Of a stretch of DNA of 64,000 bases, positions 34,171 to 43,734 are shown piece after piece. Positions within the stretch are counted from its first letter, which is position 1. Each line of letters starts with the position of its first letter. The translations under genes and the position numbers were made by a program. The notes below the pieces were generated by a model. That model searched no databases and had not been told where the DNA came from. It saw only the letters and a list, made by a program, of their open reading frames with translations. The DNA comes from Bacteroidota bacterium (GTDB lineage Bacteria; Bacteroidota; Ignavibacteria; Kapaibacteriales; Kapaibacteriaceae), in assembly GCA_041170435.1 (NCBI GenBank), contig JBEAYU010000045.1:7975-71974 (forward strand). Reading direction: 5' to 3'.

Positions 34171-35082
34171 TTATCGCTTCCGCAAACGGGAGCGAATGAG
34201 AATGGCCGTTAGATTCAGAAGGAATGTCAGCCCAAGTAGCACCAACGTTGTGGCATACTGCAGAGGCAGCGTCAGGTCAACATCAGGGGACTGCGTTGAG
34301 AGCACAAACAGGTGGTATCCCAGGTGCATGAACTTTTCGGTGACGGCTGATGGGATAGACTCAGCGCTGTAGGTGACGCCCACGAACAGGATCGCAGCTA
34401 CCTCGCCGGCCCCTCGCCCAACGGCGAGGATCGAACCGGTGAGGATGCCCGTCACGGCGTTGGGAATGACAACCTTTGTGATCGTCTGCCAGCGTGTTGC
34501 GCCAAGTGCCAAAGAGGCTTCGCGCAGATCGCGTGGGACGGCACGGAGAGCTTCCTCGACCGCAACGATCACCACCGGGAGGGTTAGAACAGCTAGCGTG
34601 GCCGACGACCACAAGAGCGATCCGTCACCCAGCGATGAGGTGCCAAACCAACTGTCGATTCCGTTGCCCATGAACTGGATGAAGAAGCCGACGCCGAAAA
34701 GGCCAAAGACGATCGACGGAACACCGGCCAGGGTGTTGACGGCAAAGCGCACCGATCGGGCGAACCACGAGTCCTGCTTGGCAAACTCTGTCAGATAAAT
34801 GGCTGTAGCCGTGCCAACCGGAACACCCAGCATCGTCATCAGCAATACCAGCAAGGTCGTGCCGGCCAGCGCCGGCCAGATGCCACCCTCGGTGTTGTTG
34901 TTGCGCGGGAATTCGCTCAAGAACGACCACGTGACACCGTCGCCCCCGTTTGCGATGAACGACCCAACCATGCCGAGAATGATGCCCAATACCGCCACGG
35001 CTGCAGTCAACGCAATCGTCACGGCAAAGAATCCGATCAGTCGCTTTGGTAGCGGCATGGATGATGAGGACGTCTGCATCAT
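34171..35082 (-). CDS. pstA: Phosphate ABC transporter permease PstA
   Basis: EAA loop [15 protein letters not shown]. Six TM helices. Operon position. Confidence 0.92.
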   Translation of the reverse strand: MMQTSSSSMPLPKRLIGFFAVTIALTAAVAVLGIILGMVGSFIANGGDGVTWSFLSEFPRNNNTEGGIWPALAGTTLLVLLMTMLGVPVGTATAIYLTEFAKQDSWFARSVRFAVNTLAGVPSIVFGLFGVGFFIQFMGNGIDSWFGTSSLGDGSLLWSSATLAVLTLPVVIVAVEEALRAVPRDLREASLALGATRWQTITKVVIPNAVTGILTGSILAVGRGAGEVAAILFVGVTYSAESIPSAVTEKFMHLGYHLFVLSTQSPDVDLTLPLQYATTLVLLGLTFLLNLTAILIRSRLRKR

Positions 35083-36287
35083 TGCCCTTGGAACTTCTTG
35101 ATGAGGCGCTTCTTAACGTACAGCTCCGTCACCGCGTTAAGGCTGAACGAAAACACAAACAGGATCACGCCCATGAAGAAGAGCACACCGTAGTGCTCCG
35201 ATCCCCAGACGACCTCGCCCATCTCACTTCCGATCGTGGCGGCAACTGTGCGTGCCGGCTCAAGGGGAGAAAGACTCGACAAGGGGGCGTTCCCTGTTGC
35301 CATGATGGCGATCATCGTCTCTCCGAACGCTCGTCCGATGCCAAGAAGGACGGCGGCGAAAACGCCGGGCGCTGCCGCCGGAAGCATCACGCGATAGGCG
35401 GTCTGCCACTCGGTGGATCCAAGCGCGAGTGAGGCTTCCCGGAGTGACTTTGGCACGGCACTGAGTGCATCTTCGGCGATGGAAAACACGATCGGAATCA
35501 CGGCCAACGAAAGTCCGATACCACCAACGACAGCGTTGAGACGGTACTGACCGCCGGTGAGGTCCTGAATGAAGCTTGCCACGGTGACCAAGCAAAAGAA
35601 GCCGATAACGACCGACGGGAAGCCGGCTAGGAGTTCGATGGCGGGCTTGACGATTTCACGCACACGTCGGCGTGCAAAGAAGGCAACATAGAGTGCCGCC
35701 AAAATGCCCAGTGGTGCACCGATGATGATGGCGATGACCGTGGTCTTAGCGGTACCGATAAGAAGAGGAGCGAGACCAAACTTGGGAACCTCTCCCACCG
35801 GTTGCCAGGAGTCTCCGGATAACTTCGACAGGACGCTTCGCTGGGCAACAGTGTCGACTGGTTCAGCTGCGGCTTCAACGTCATCAATATCATCCGGGAG
35901 AAGCCCCGTATCAGGATTGTAGATCTCCGGATACTTTGGATTCTTTGACGCGTAGATGAACTGGCCCGGTGCTCCGGGCTCTCCCTGCGGCTCCACCGAG
36001 GCGGGTTCCTCAGCGTCCGGGTTGTAGACCTCGGGTTCGGCCGACGTCGACCCTGACGATCCTCCGGGATCATACGACTCGGGAACCAGCTCTCCGGAAG
36101 GGGATGATGACGATGTCGATTCCGCCGTGGTGGCAGAGGTGCTCACGAACAACGTGGCCGCCTCTCGCATCACGAAAAGAAGGATCAGGAAAATGACAAT
36201 GATCGAGGCGGATGCGACGAGGCGAATGGACCATTCCATGATCCACTCGCCCGGTCGTTTGCGTGTTTGTTGAAACGGATTCGGCAC
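35079..36287 (-). CDS. pstC: Phosphate ABC transporter permease PstC with an expanded low-complexity first loop
   Basis: EAA loop [21 protein letters not shown]. An extra Ser/Pro/Glu-rich loop of about 130 aa follows TM1. Confidence 0.9.
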   Translation of the reverse strand: MPNPFQQTRKRPGEWIMEWSIRLVASASIIVIFLILLFVMREAATLFVSTSATTAESTSSSSPSGELVPESYDPGGSSGSTSAEPEVYNPDAEEPASVEPQGEPGAPGQFIYASKNPKYPEIYNPDTGLLPDDIDDVEAAAEPVDTVAQRSVLSKLSGDSWQPVGEVPKFGLAPLLIGTAKTTVIAIIIGAPLGILAALYVAFFARRRVREIVKPAIELLAGFPSVVIGFFCLVTVASFIQDLTGGQYRLNAVVGGIGLSLAVIPIVFSIAEDALSAVPKSLREASLALGSTEWQTAYRVMLPAAAPGVFAAVLLGIGRAFGETMIAIMATGNAPLSSLSPLEPARTVAATIGSEMGEVVWGSEHYGVLFFMGVILFVFSFSLNAVTELYVKKRLIKKFQGQ

Positions 36288-36295
36288 TCAACCCT

Positions 36296-37138
36296 TTACT
36301 TCTTCTTGATCGGATAGTAGCCGACCTCGGAGACGACTTTTTGACCTGAGGCCGAAATTACCCAGTCGATGAATTTCTTGACGCTTCCTTCTGGTTTACG
36401 ATTCAGATAAAAGTAGAGGAATCGCGAAATAGGATACTCTCCGGAATGGATCGTGGCAACCGTTGCCATGATTGCCTTGGCAGATGCATCCTTGGCGATC
36501 GGGACGGCCTTCACGTTCTTGGCATATGCTGCGCCACCGAATCCGATGCCGTTCGGATCCTTTGAGATGGCGTTGATCAGGGCAGCCGTTCCGGCCATGT
36601 GCTGCGCATTGGCAGCGAAATCCTGCTTGTTCAGCACGTGCTCTTTGAAGAATTCATACGTGCCGGAGTTGTTCTCGCGTGAGTACAACAAGATCGGTTT
36701 GTTTGGTCCGCCAACATCCTTCCAGTTCTTGATCTTGCCGGTGAAGATGTCCTTGACCTGTGCCATTGTGAGTTGTTTGACGGAGTTACTCTTGTGCACA
36801 TAGATGGCCAACCCGTCCATGGCGACGCGAATCTCAAGCCCCTTATAGCCGTACTTCTTCTCAAGTTGGGCTACCTCATCCTTCTTGATCGGTCGGGAGG
36901 ATGAGCAGATGTCGGTTGTCCCATTAATCAACGCTGCGATGCCTGTGCCGGAACCACCACCGGTGACCTGGAACTCCGTGGCCTTCTTATCAGGATACAT
37001 CTCCGTCCAGCGCTGAACAAGTATCACCATGGTGTCCGACCCCTTGATCGTTACCAGGTCCTTGGGCATTGCCCACGCCACGAAGCTCAGAATCAGAAGT
37101 GCTGCGGTGAAGGGGGCGAGTTGGCGAAAGTATTTCAT
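36296..37138 (-). CDS. pstS: Phosphate ABC transporter substrate-binding protein PstS
   Basis: Start at Met 37138 (MKYFRQLAPFTAALLILSFVAWA signal). IKGSDTMV...VTGGGSGTGIAALINGTTDICSSSR signature. The listed ORF extension to 37471 is upstream read-through. Confidence 0.93.
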   Translation of the reverse strand: MKYFRQLAPFTAALLILSFVAWAMPKDLVTIKGSDTMVILVQRWTEMYPDKKATEFQVTGGGSGTGIAALINGTTDICSSSRPIKKDEVAQLEKKYGYKGLEIRVAMDGLAIYVHKSNSVKQLTMAQVKDIFTGKIKNWKDVGGPNKPILLYSRENNSGTYEFFKEHVLNKQDFAANAQHMAGTAALINAISKDPNGIGFGGAAYAKNVKAVPIAKDASAKAIMATVATIHSGEYPISRFLYFYLNRKPEGSVKKFIDWVISASGQKVVSEVGYYPIKKK

Positions 37139-37242
37139 GCGTGTTGATGTTGATAGTGAACAGAACGACTTCAAAATTGAGGAGGAAGATTCGTGAGCGA
37201 GCCACGAAGCATCAATGTTACCCGATGGTAACATCGGGCACC

Positions 37243-38487
37243 TTAGATGCCGAGCTCGACGTTGAAACGTCCGTAATAGATGGTCTCGAGAGCATTGTTG
37301 CGGTTGTATTGCATCGTGCGGGTCGTACCCAGCTCGAAGTTGGCCTTTACACGGTGACGATTGAAGTAGTACCCCACGACCGCAGCGATGTTTGTTTGCT
37401 TGGTGTAATCCGAAAGCCCTGCAAGCTGTGAACCGGCGTCGACCACGGCATAGCGAGCAGCCACATTCCACATCGACGGGAATACATATGATGCCTGTGC
37501 CATGTAACCGGTACCAACGAAGATCGCCGATGCCTCCCGGCGCGTCGTATCCCGATATGTTACCGGGTTGTCCGAAGTGCGTTGGGCATACTCAGTGTAG
37601 ATCGACAAGCCGCTGTACTTGAAAAGAGCGTCAGCATACGCCACATTCGAGGAGCGCTGTGCGAACAGCGCCCGACCCAGCGTGCCGCGCGTCTTTGTCT
37701 GACGGTCGTTCCGCTGGTATGAAAAACCTACACTCAGCTTTGGTGACTGTTCACGAAGGATATCGCCTTCGAAGTAGTCGCCCCCTCCGGTGAAGGCTCC
37801 AAATGGCAAAACTTCAATGCGGCCCGTGTAGGCAAGCCCGCCGCCCGGGATCACCGGCTGGTTGCGACCATCACCCGAGGAGATCGCCGCACGAAGATTG
37901 ACCACCACATCGCCCGTGATGGGACGCCAGAAGCCCTGGAATCCGAAGTCACGGTCGAGATTGAAGGCGCCATTGACGATCGATCGATCAGGTATCTCTA
38001 GATCGGCCGAGGAGACCACACGCTGGCGGTTGCCAGGTAGCTTGGTCTGGCCAAATCCGATTTGCAGGTCGCGGGAGAAATTCCAGAACACCATAGCGTC
38101 GCGGATGATGTTCGGGAACTGCGTGTCGTTCCAGTCCATGTCTGAGCGAGAGAACGACAGCTGGAGATTGAATGTCAGCCTTGGATCGACCAGCGTCCCA
38201 CCGAATCTCATGCGGAGTCGGCGTGTGACCATATCCGTCGAACCAGCAGACAGGTCCAGATCATCGTCCTCACCCATGGTCTTGGTGGTATAGGTGGCCC
38301 AGTTCTGCATGCGAAAGCGCATGGTTACGCGTGTGGCACTGTCGGCCGATTGAAAGATCACGCCGTCAGAATTGAAATCGAAACTGCCAGTCGACTGCGT
38401 GGAGGCCTGTGCCCACGAGCGTTCAGCGGCGCCAGACAGCCCCAAAAGCAGAATGATGATCGAAACGATTGAGTTGCAAACCTTCAC
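37243..38487 (-). CDS. Outer-membrane phosphate-selective porin (OprO/OprP-like)
   Basis: Signal peptide, alternating beta-strand pattern, C-terminal aromatic-rich strands. First gene upstream of pstS. Confidence 0.75.
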   Translation of the reverse strand: MKVCNSIVSIIILLLGLSGAAERSWAQASTQSTGSFDFNSDGVIFQSADSATRVTMRFRMQNWATYTTKTMGEDDDLDLSAGSTDMVTRRLRMRFGGTLVDPRLTFNLQLSFSRSDMDWNDTQFPNIIRDAMVFWNFSRDLQIGFGQTKLPGNRQRVVSSADLEIPDRSIVNGAFNLDRDFGFQGFWRPITGDVVVNLRAAISSGDGRNQPVIPGGGLAYTGRIEVLPFGAFTGGGDYFEGDILREQSPKLSVGFSYQRNDRQTKTRGTLGRALFAQRSSNVAYADALFKYSGLSIYTEYAQRTSDNPVTYRDTTRREASAIFVGTGYMAQASYVFPSMWNVAARYAVVDAGSQLAGLSDYTKQTNIAAVVGYYFNRHRVKANFELGTTRTMQYNRNNALETIYYGRFNVELGI

Positions 38488-38539
38488 ACGACCCCCGTGT
38501 TAATGGTGTTTTATGAAATTGTTTCGGCGCAAACCTATC

Positions 38540-38589
38540 GTAACACTTGCGTAACAGTAGGTTACCATTCGGTAACATTGACCGTAACG
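38540..38589. promoter_or_regulatory. Five GTAACA-like hexamers with about 11-bp phasing (candidate Pho-box array)
   Basis: GTAACA at 38540, 38551 and 38572; GTTACC at 38561; GTAACG at 38584. They lie 53-102 nt upstream of the porin-pst operon start and 56-105 nt upstream of pfkA. Confidence 0.4.
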
Positions 38590-38644
38590 TCCGTACTTCT
38601 CCTCCGCCGAGGCAATCGGCTGTCGCCCCGTATCTTCGCAGTCG

Positions 38645-39604
38645 ATGAAACGAATTGCTCTTTTTACCAGCGGGGGTGATGCTCCCGGAATGAACGCCCA
38701 TATTCGGGCGGTCGAACGTGTCGGCGAAAAGCGTGGCGTTGAGGTTGTCGGCATCATCGGAGGATACTCAGGAATGATCGCCGGTCATTTCGAGACGCTC
38801 GACAGGATCAGAACGGCAAACATCATTGATCGCGGCGGAACAATTTTGAAGACATCACGCTGCGAGGACTTTCTTAGTGTCGAAGGTCGATCCCAGGCGA
38901 TCGATCAGCTTCGCCGTCACGGAATTGAAGGAGTCATCGCATGTGGCGGTGACGGGACGTTTCACGGCGCACATGCACTCTGGACGGAGCATGGCATTCC
39001 GATCGTCGGGACGCCGGGAACGATTGACAACGACCTGGCCGGGACGGACTTTACGATAGGATATGACACGGCCATCAACACGGCGGCTCAGGCGATCGAC
39101 AAGATCCGCGATACCGCCGACTCTCATGGCCGGCTCTTCTTCATCGAAGTGATGGGGCGGCATGCCGGTTTCATCGCCATGGATGTTGGCATCGCCTGCG
39201 GTGCAGAGTACATTGCCGTACCGGAAACGATGACAGACATTGATGAGCTGTACCGACGGATCATTTCGCAGGGACGTGAGCGCCGCACGGTTGTGATCGT
39301 TGGCGAGGGCGACGAACTGGGCGGAGCGATGGGCATCAGCAAGGCGATAGAGGAGCGATATGGCATTCCGTCGAAGGTCTCGATCCTTGGACACATTCAG
39401 CGAGGGGGCTCTCCTACGGTTCGTGATCGTGTATTGGCCTCGAGGCTCGGGGCTGCCGCGGTGGATGCATTGCTCGGCGGACGCACTGACGTGATGATCG
39501 GTGAAGTTGCCGGTTCGGTGCGAATGGTGCCGCTGGAAGAAACCTGGACAACGCGCAAGCCCGTACCGGGATATCTCAAGGAACTTTCGACGATACTGAT
39601 ATGA
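38645..39604 (+). CDS. pfkA: ATP-dependent 6-phosphofructokinase
   Basis: IALFTSGGDAPGMNA, GGDGT, PGTIDNDL, MGRHAGF and HIQRGGSPT motifs. Confidence 0.95.
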   Translation: MKRIALFTSGGDAPGMNAHIRAVERVGEKRGVEVVGIIGGYSGMIAGHFETLDRIRTANIIDRGGTILKTSRCEDFLSVEGRSQAIDQLRRHGIEGVIACGGDGTFHGAHALWTEHGIPIVGTPGTIDNDLAGTDFTIGYDTAINTAAQAIDKIRDTADSHGRLFFIEVMGRHAGFIAMDVGIACGAEYIAVPETMTDIDELYRRIISQGRERRTVVIVGEGDELGGAMGISKAIEERYGIPSKVSILGHIQRGGSPTVRDRVLASRLGAAAVDALLGGRTDVMIGEVAGSVRMVPLEETWTTRKPVPGYLKELSTILI

Positions 39605-39879
39605 ACGTACCATTTCTCAGTGTGCTGCAGGTCTTTCAAGTCGAGGGACTGGTGGCCCTTGGCAAGATGATGCATCCTGCCACAGGCGAGATCGCAAAGA
39701 ATGAAGACTATGCGCGATATGTGATCGGCGTTCTTGACACGCTCCGTCAAAAGACCGCGGGCAATCGCGATGCTGAGGAAGACCGCTTCCTTGAGCAGAC
39801 ATTGTCGCTGCTTAAGCTCAACTTTGTTGAGGTGTTCGGCAACCCCGATGCCCCTTCCTCGAAGGATCAACTTGCATGA
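39601..39879 (+). CDS. DUF1844 domain protein
   Basis: LVALGKMMHPATGEI...ARYVIGVLDTLRQKTAGN pattern. ATGA overlaps on both sides (pfkA and nadK). Confidence 0.65.
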   Translation: MNVPFLSVLQVFQVEGLVALGKMMHPATGEIAKNEDYARYVIGVLDTLRQKTAGNRDAEEDRFLEQTLSLLKLNFVEVFGNPDAPSSKDQLA

Positions 39880-40745
39880 TGCGCCAGCTGGCCATCATGG
39901 CATATACCGGCCGGCCGGATGCCGTCCATGGAGTATCCGTAGCAATCGAACGGTTTCGGGCCGAGGGAATCGACGTCATCATCAGTCCGAGTATGGCACA
40001 GGCACTCAGGGCTGAGATCTCTGCCAAATGCATGGTCCGCGAACCTGATGAGTTCCGGAAGTTGGCCGACATGGTCATGACCTTTGGTGGGGATGGGACG
40101 TTGCTGGCGGCGGCACGCACCATGATGGGTACCGACGTCCCGATCATGGGAGTGAACGTGGGTAAGCTGGGCTTCCTTGCCGAGTTCGCAATGTCCGAGC
40201 TTGAAGATGCCATCCAGCGCGTTTTGTCAGGTGCATATCGGATCGTTGATCGTACCACGCTTGAGGTGAGGTTCGGTGCGGTGTCGAGCTTTGCCTTGAA
40301 TGAGGTTCTCGTTGAGAGATCATCAAAGGCGAAGATGATCGCGGTCAAAGCATGGGTTGATGATCATCATGTGGCTGATTATCGAGCCGATGGTGTGATC
40401 GTGGCAACACCGACGGGATCGACAGCGTATTCACTGGCAGCGGGAGGGCCGATCATTGCGCCCTCCACCAGTTCTCTATGCATAACGCCGATCGCACCGC
40501 ATACGCTCACGCTGCGCCCCTTGATCATTGATGATTCATCGGAGATTAGACTACAGCTCCTGTCCGATGCCGCCCCTGGCCAAGTGGTTGCCGATGGTCA
40601 GATCCTCGGAGTGATTGGTCCTGACCAGACGATCCACGTTCGGAAGAGTTCGCATCTGGTGAAGCTCGTCAAGCGAGTCGATAGCACGTATTATGACCTG
40701 CTTCGGCAAAAGTTGCTCTGGTCGGTCGATCCGGCAACAAAGTAG
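39876..40745 (+). CDS. nadK: NAD kinase
   Basis: GGDGTLL motif, NEV...R, TPTGSTAYSLAAGGPI signature. Confidence 0.93.
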   Translation: MMRQLAIMAYTGRPDAVHGVSVAIERFRAEGIDVIISPSMAQALRAEISAKCMVREPDEFRKLADMVMTFGGDGTLLAAARTMMGTDVPIMGVNVGKLGFLAEFAMSELEDAIQRVLSGAYRIVDRTTLEVRFGAVSSFALNEVLVERSSKAKMIAVKAWVDDHHVADYRADGVIVATPTGSTAYSLAAGGPIIAPSTSSLCITPIAPHTLTLRPLIIDDSSEIRLQLLSDAAPGQVVADGQILGVIGPDQTIHVRKSSHLVKLVKRVDSTYYDLLRQKLLWSVDPATK

Positions 40746-40759
40746 GTCAGGGCAATCTC

Positions 40760-42124
40760 GTGCTCAAGCGCGAACTGTCGCTCTTTCAGGCCACGGCGAT
40801 CAACATGATCGATATGGTCGGCATCGGCCCCTTTGTAACGGCAGCTCTGGTGGCTGCAACCATGGGCTCTGCACCGCTGGCCCTACTTGCGTGGAGTGTT
40901 GGCTTCGTCATCTGCTTGGTCGATGCCAGTGTCTGGAGTGAGCTTGGGGCGCGGATGCCGGAGGCAGGTGGTTCGTACGTCTTCCTGCGAGAATCCTACG
41001 GTCGCGACCGATGGGGCAGGCTGATGTCATTTCTGTTCGTGTGGCAAACGACGTTCCAAGCACCATTGGTGGTGGCCTCCGCATCCATCGGCTTTATGAA
41101 GTATGCGACCTACCTGGTGGGTCCGGTTGACCAGACGATCAGTCGTCTCTGTTCGGCAGCTCTCATCGTTGTCGTCACCTATCTGCTGTATCGACGCATT
41201 GGCGACGTTGGTAAGATCTCGGTCGCACTCTGGTTCTGCGTCATCGCAACGTTCATGTGGATCATCGGTTCCGGGATCATGTTCGGTGACGTGTCAAAGG
41301 CCTTCTCCGGTGCTCTCACAACGACGGATCCGCACATGTCTGTTTGGGCCGCACTCGGAATTGCGAGCATCCCCACCATGTATTCGTTTTTGGGCTACTA
41401 CAATGTCTGCCACCTCGGAGCGGAGGTCCGCTCACCGGAACGGACAATTCCGAGGAGTATGTATCTGTCGATCCTGGGCATCGGGATCCTCTACCTGTCG
41501 TATCAGATCTCTCTCTTCAGCATTCTTCCCGTGTCAGAAGTCGCGAGCTCTGACTTTGTGGTGAGCCTCTACATCGATCGGCTCTATGGGCCGACCGCAG
41601 CTCAGATCATGACGGGGCTCGTGCTCGTGGTAGCTGTCTCCTCACTTTTCAGCCTGATGCTTGGGTATTCGCGGATTCCCTTCGCGGCTGCCCGTGATGG
41701 GATCTTCTTTCGGGTCTTCGAGCGGCTCCACCCAACTGAGCACTTCCCGCATGTTTCGCTGTTGGTGCTTGCCGGCATCGGCATCGGTTTTTGTCTGACG
41801 CTGACGCTGGACGATGCCATCAAGTCGATCATCACCATGCGTGTGTTCACGCAGTTCATTGCCCAGGCGGTAGGACTGTTCATCATACGCTCTCGCTATG
41901 GTGCATCGTCGATGCCATGGCGAATGTGGCTCTATCCCTTGCCGGCACTCCTGGCCGTGTGTGCCTGGGTCTGGGTGTTTATGAGTGCTACACCGCAGAA
42001 GCAACAGGTTGGTATCATTGCGCCGATCGTCGGCCTGATCGCCTTTGTGCTCCTTGCCAAATTCCGCGGTACCTGGCCGTTTTATGTCTCTACAGGTACG
42101 AGTTCATCAGGGGGCCAGGCATGA
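40760..42124 (+). CDS. APC superfamily amino acid permease
   Basis: 12 TM helices. N-terminal LSLFQATAINMIDMVGIGPF. GTG start. Confidence 0.85.
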   Translation: MLKRELSLFQATAINMIDMVGIGPFVTAALVAATMGSAPLALLAWSVGFVICLVDASVWSELGARMPEAGGSYVFLRESYGRDRWGRLMSFLFVWQTTFQAPLVVASASIGFMKYATYLVGPVDQTISRLCSAALIVVVTYLLYRRIGDVGKISVALWFCVIATFMWIIGSGIMFGDVSKAFSGALTTTDPHMSVWAALGIASIPTMYSFLGYYNVCHLGAEVRSPERTIPRSMYLSILGIGILYLSYQISLFSILPVSEVASSDFVVSLYIDRLYGPTAAQIMTGLVLVVAVSSLFSLMLGYSRIPFAAARDGIFFRVFERLHPTEHFPHVSLLVLAGIGIGFCLTLTLDDAIKSIITMRVFTQFIAQAVGLFIIRSRYGASSMPWRMWLYPLPALLAVCAWVWVFMSATPQKQQVGIIAPIVGLIAFVLLAKFRGTWPFYVSTGTSSSGGQA

Positions 42125-43725
42125 CGAATCAGCAGATCGGAGGAACGATCGTAGATGTCCACGCACGGCGCATGTATCCGGGCGTCATCACGATCGAGAA
42201 CGGGCGAATCACCGATATCAGTGAAGTTGGGCAAGCCCCCTCGACGCATTTCATTGTCCCGGGCTTTGTAGATGCCCATGTCCACATTGAGTCGTCGATG
42301 CTCATCCCATCCGAGTTTGCCAGGCTGGCCGTTGCGCATGGCACGGTTGCCACCGTGAGTGACCCGCATGAGATCGCGAATGTCTGTGGAGTGGAGGGCG
42401 TGCGGTACATGCTCGACAATGCCTTGCGTGTTCCCTTCACCTTCGCCTTTGGTGCCCCGTCATGCGTACCGGCAACATCCTTTGAAACAGCCGGGGCTCG
42501 TCTGACGGCAGAAGACATTCGGGTGTTGTTCGAAGATGATCGCGTTCGCTATCTGAGCGAGATGATGAACTGGCCCGGTGTGCTCAATCAGGACCCAGAC
42601 GTGATGGAGAAGCTCGCCATCGCTCGAACGTGTGGACGTGTCATTGATGGTCACGCTCCGGGCCTTCGGAAGGATGATGCTCGGAGGTATGCTGAGCATG
42701 GCATCAGCACGGATCACGAGTGCTTTACTCTTGAGGAGGCACTCGATAAGATCGACTGCGGAATGAAGATTCTCATTCGTGAAGGCTCAGCAGCCCGGAA
42801 CTATGATGCCTTGCATCCGTTGATCGGCTCACACCCTGGACGCGTGATGTTCTGCTCTGATGATATGCATCCTGACTCGTTGGTGCTGGGTCATGTCGAT
42901 CGACTGGTGCGACGGTCACTCGAGCTTGGATACGACCTGTACGACGTGCTGCGCTGCGCCAGCGTCAATCCCGTTGACCACTATGGTATTGATGTTGGTC
43001 TCTTGCGCATGGGAGATCGGGCTGACTTGGTCGTCATCGAGGATATTGATTCGTTCGTCGTTCGCGAAACATGGATTGCCGGCACCTGTGTCGCTCGAGG
43101 CGGCATTTCCATGATACCTCATCAGTCAGAGATGCCAATCAACCAGTTTGGCATCTCGCCCATCACTGAGTCAATGATAGGGGGCGCGGCAGATGGCTCG
43201 ACGGTGCGCGTGATCGTTGCACATGACGGTCAGCTCGTGACAACGGAGGAACATGCCGTGCTTCCTGCCAACGATGTTCTGAAGCTTGTTGTTGTGAATC
43301 GATACGCCGATGCACCGGTTGCTGTTGCCTACGTTCGCTCGTTCGGGCTTGTTACCGGCGCGTTGGCAAGCTCCGTCGCACACGATTCACACAACATCAT
43401 CGCGGTCGGCCGAACCGATGCAGACATTGTTTGTGCCGTCAATGCCATCGTCGAGGCTCGCGGTGGGATCAGCGTAGCACATGATGGTGCTGCACATGTT
43501 CTGAAACTCCCCGTGGCTGGACTCATGAGTAACGCCGATGGCTATGAGGTTGCGCAGAGGTACACAGAGCTCGACGCGATGGCCAAGAGTCTTGGTTCGC
43601 CACTGCGAGCCCCCTTCATGACGCTTTCGTTCATGGCTCTGTTGGTGATTCCACAACTCAAGCTCAGCGACAAGGGGCTTTTTGACGGCGAGAAGTTCAC
43701 CTTTACGAGTGTGGTCGTCTCGTAG
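42121..43725 (+). CDS. ade: Adenine deaminase
   Basis: Start at the ATG at 42121 (ATGA overlap with the permease stop). PGFVDAHVHIESSM amidohydrolase metal site, SDPHEIANV, CSDD...HP motifs. Confidence 0.9.
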   Translation: MTNQQIGGTIVDVHARRMYPGVITIENGRITDISEVGQAPSTHFIVPGFVDAHVHIESSMLIPSEFARLAVAHGTVATVSDPHEIANVCGVEGVRYMLDNALRVPFTFAFGAPSCVPATSFETAGARLTAEDIRVLFEDDRVRYLSEMMNWPGVLNQDPDVMEKLAIARTCGRVIDGHAPGLRKDDARRYAEHGISTDHECFTLEEALDKIDCGMKILIREGSAARNYDALHPLIGSHPGRVMFCSDDMHPDSLVLGHVDRLVRRSLELGYDLYDVLRCASVNPVDHYGIDVGLLRMGDRADLVVIEDIDSFVVRETWIAGTCVARGGISMIPHQSEMPINQFGISPITESMIGGAADGSTVRVIVAHDGQLVTTEEHAVLPANDVLKLVVVNRYADAPVAVAYVRSFGLVTGALASSVAHDSHNIIAVGRTDADIVCAVNAIVEARGGISVAHDGAAHVLKLPVAGLMSNADGYEVAQRYTELDAMAKSLGSPLRAPFMTLSFMALLVIPQLKLSDKGLFDGEKFTFTSVVVS

Positions 43726-43734
43726 ATTTGCCCT

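Noticed and set aside
37221-37238. Hairpin cccgatg-gtaa-catcggg between the porin and pstS genes as a Rho-independent terminator
   Set aside because: It has a 7-bp stem but no downstream U-tract on the transcribed (minus) strand. More likely it is an intercistronic stabiliser/attenuator, or incidental overlap with the GGTAACA/TGTTACC inverted pair.
41791-42120. N-terminal extensions of listed ORFs (adenine deaminase 41791, pstS to 37471, DUF3108 to 56571, tag 17893, phd 25377, Ig protein 53035)
   Set aside because: The extensions overlap upstream genes or a tRNA and lack homology. Internal starts give canonical N-termini, signal peptides or 4-nt coupling overlaps.
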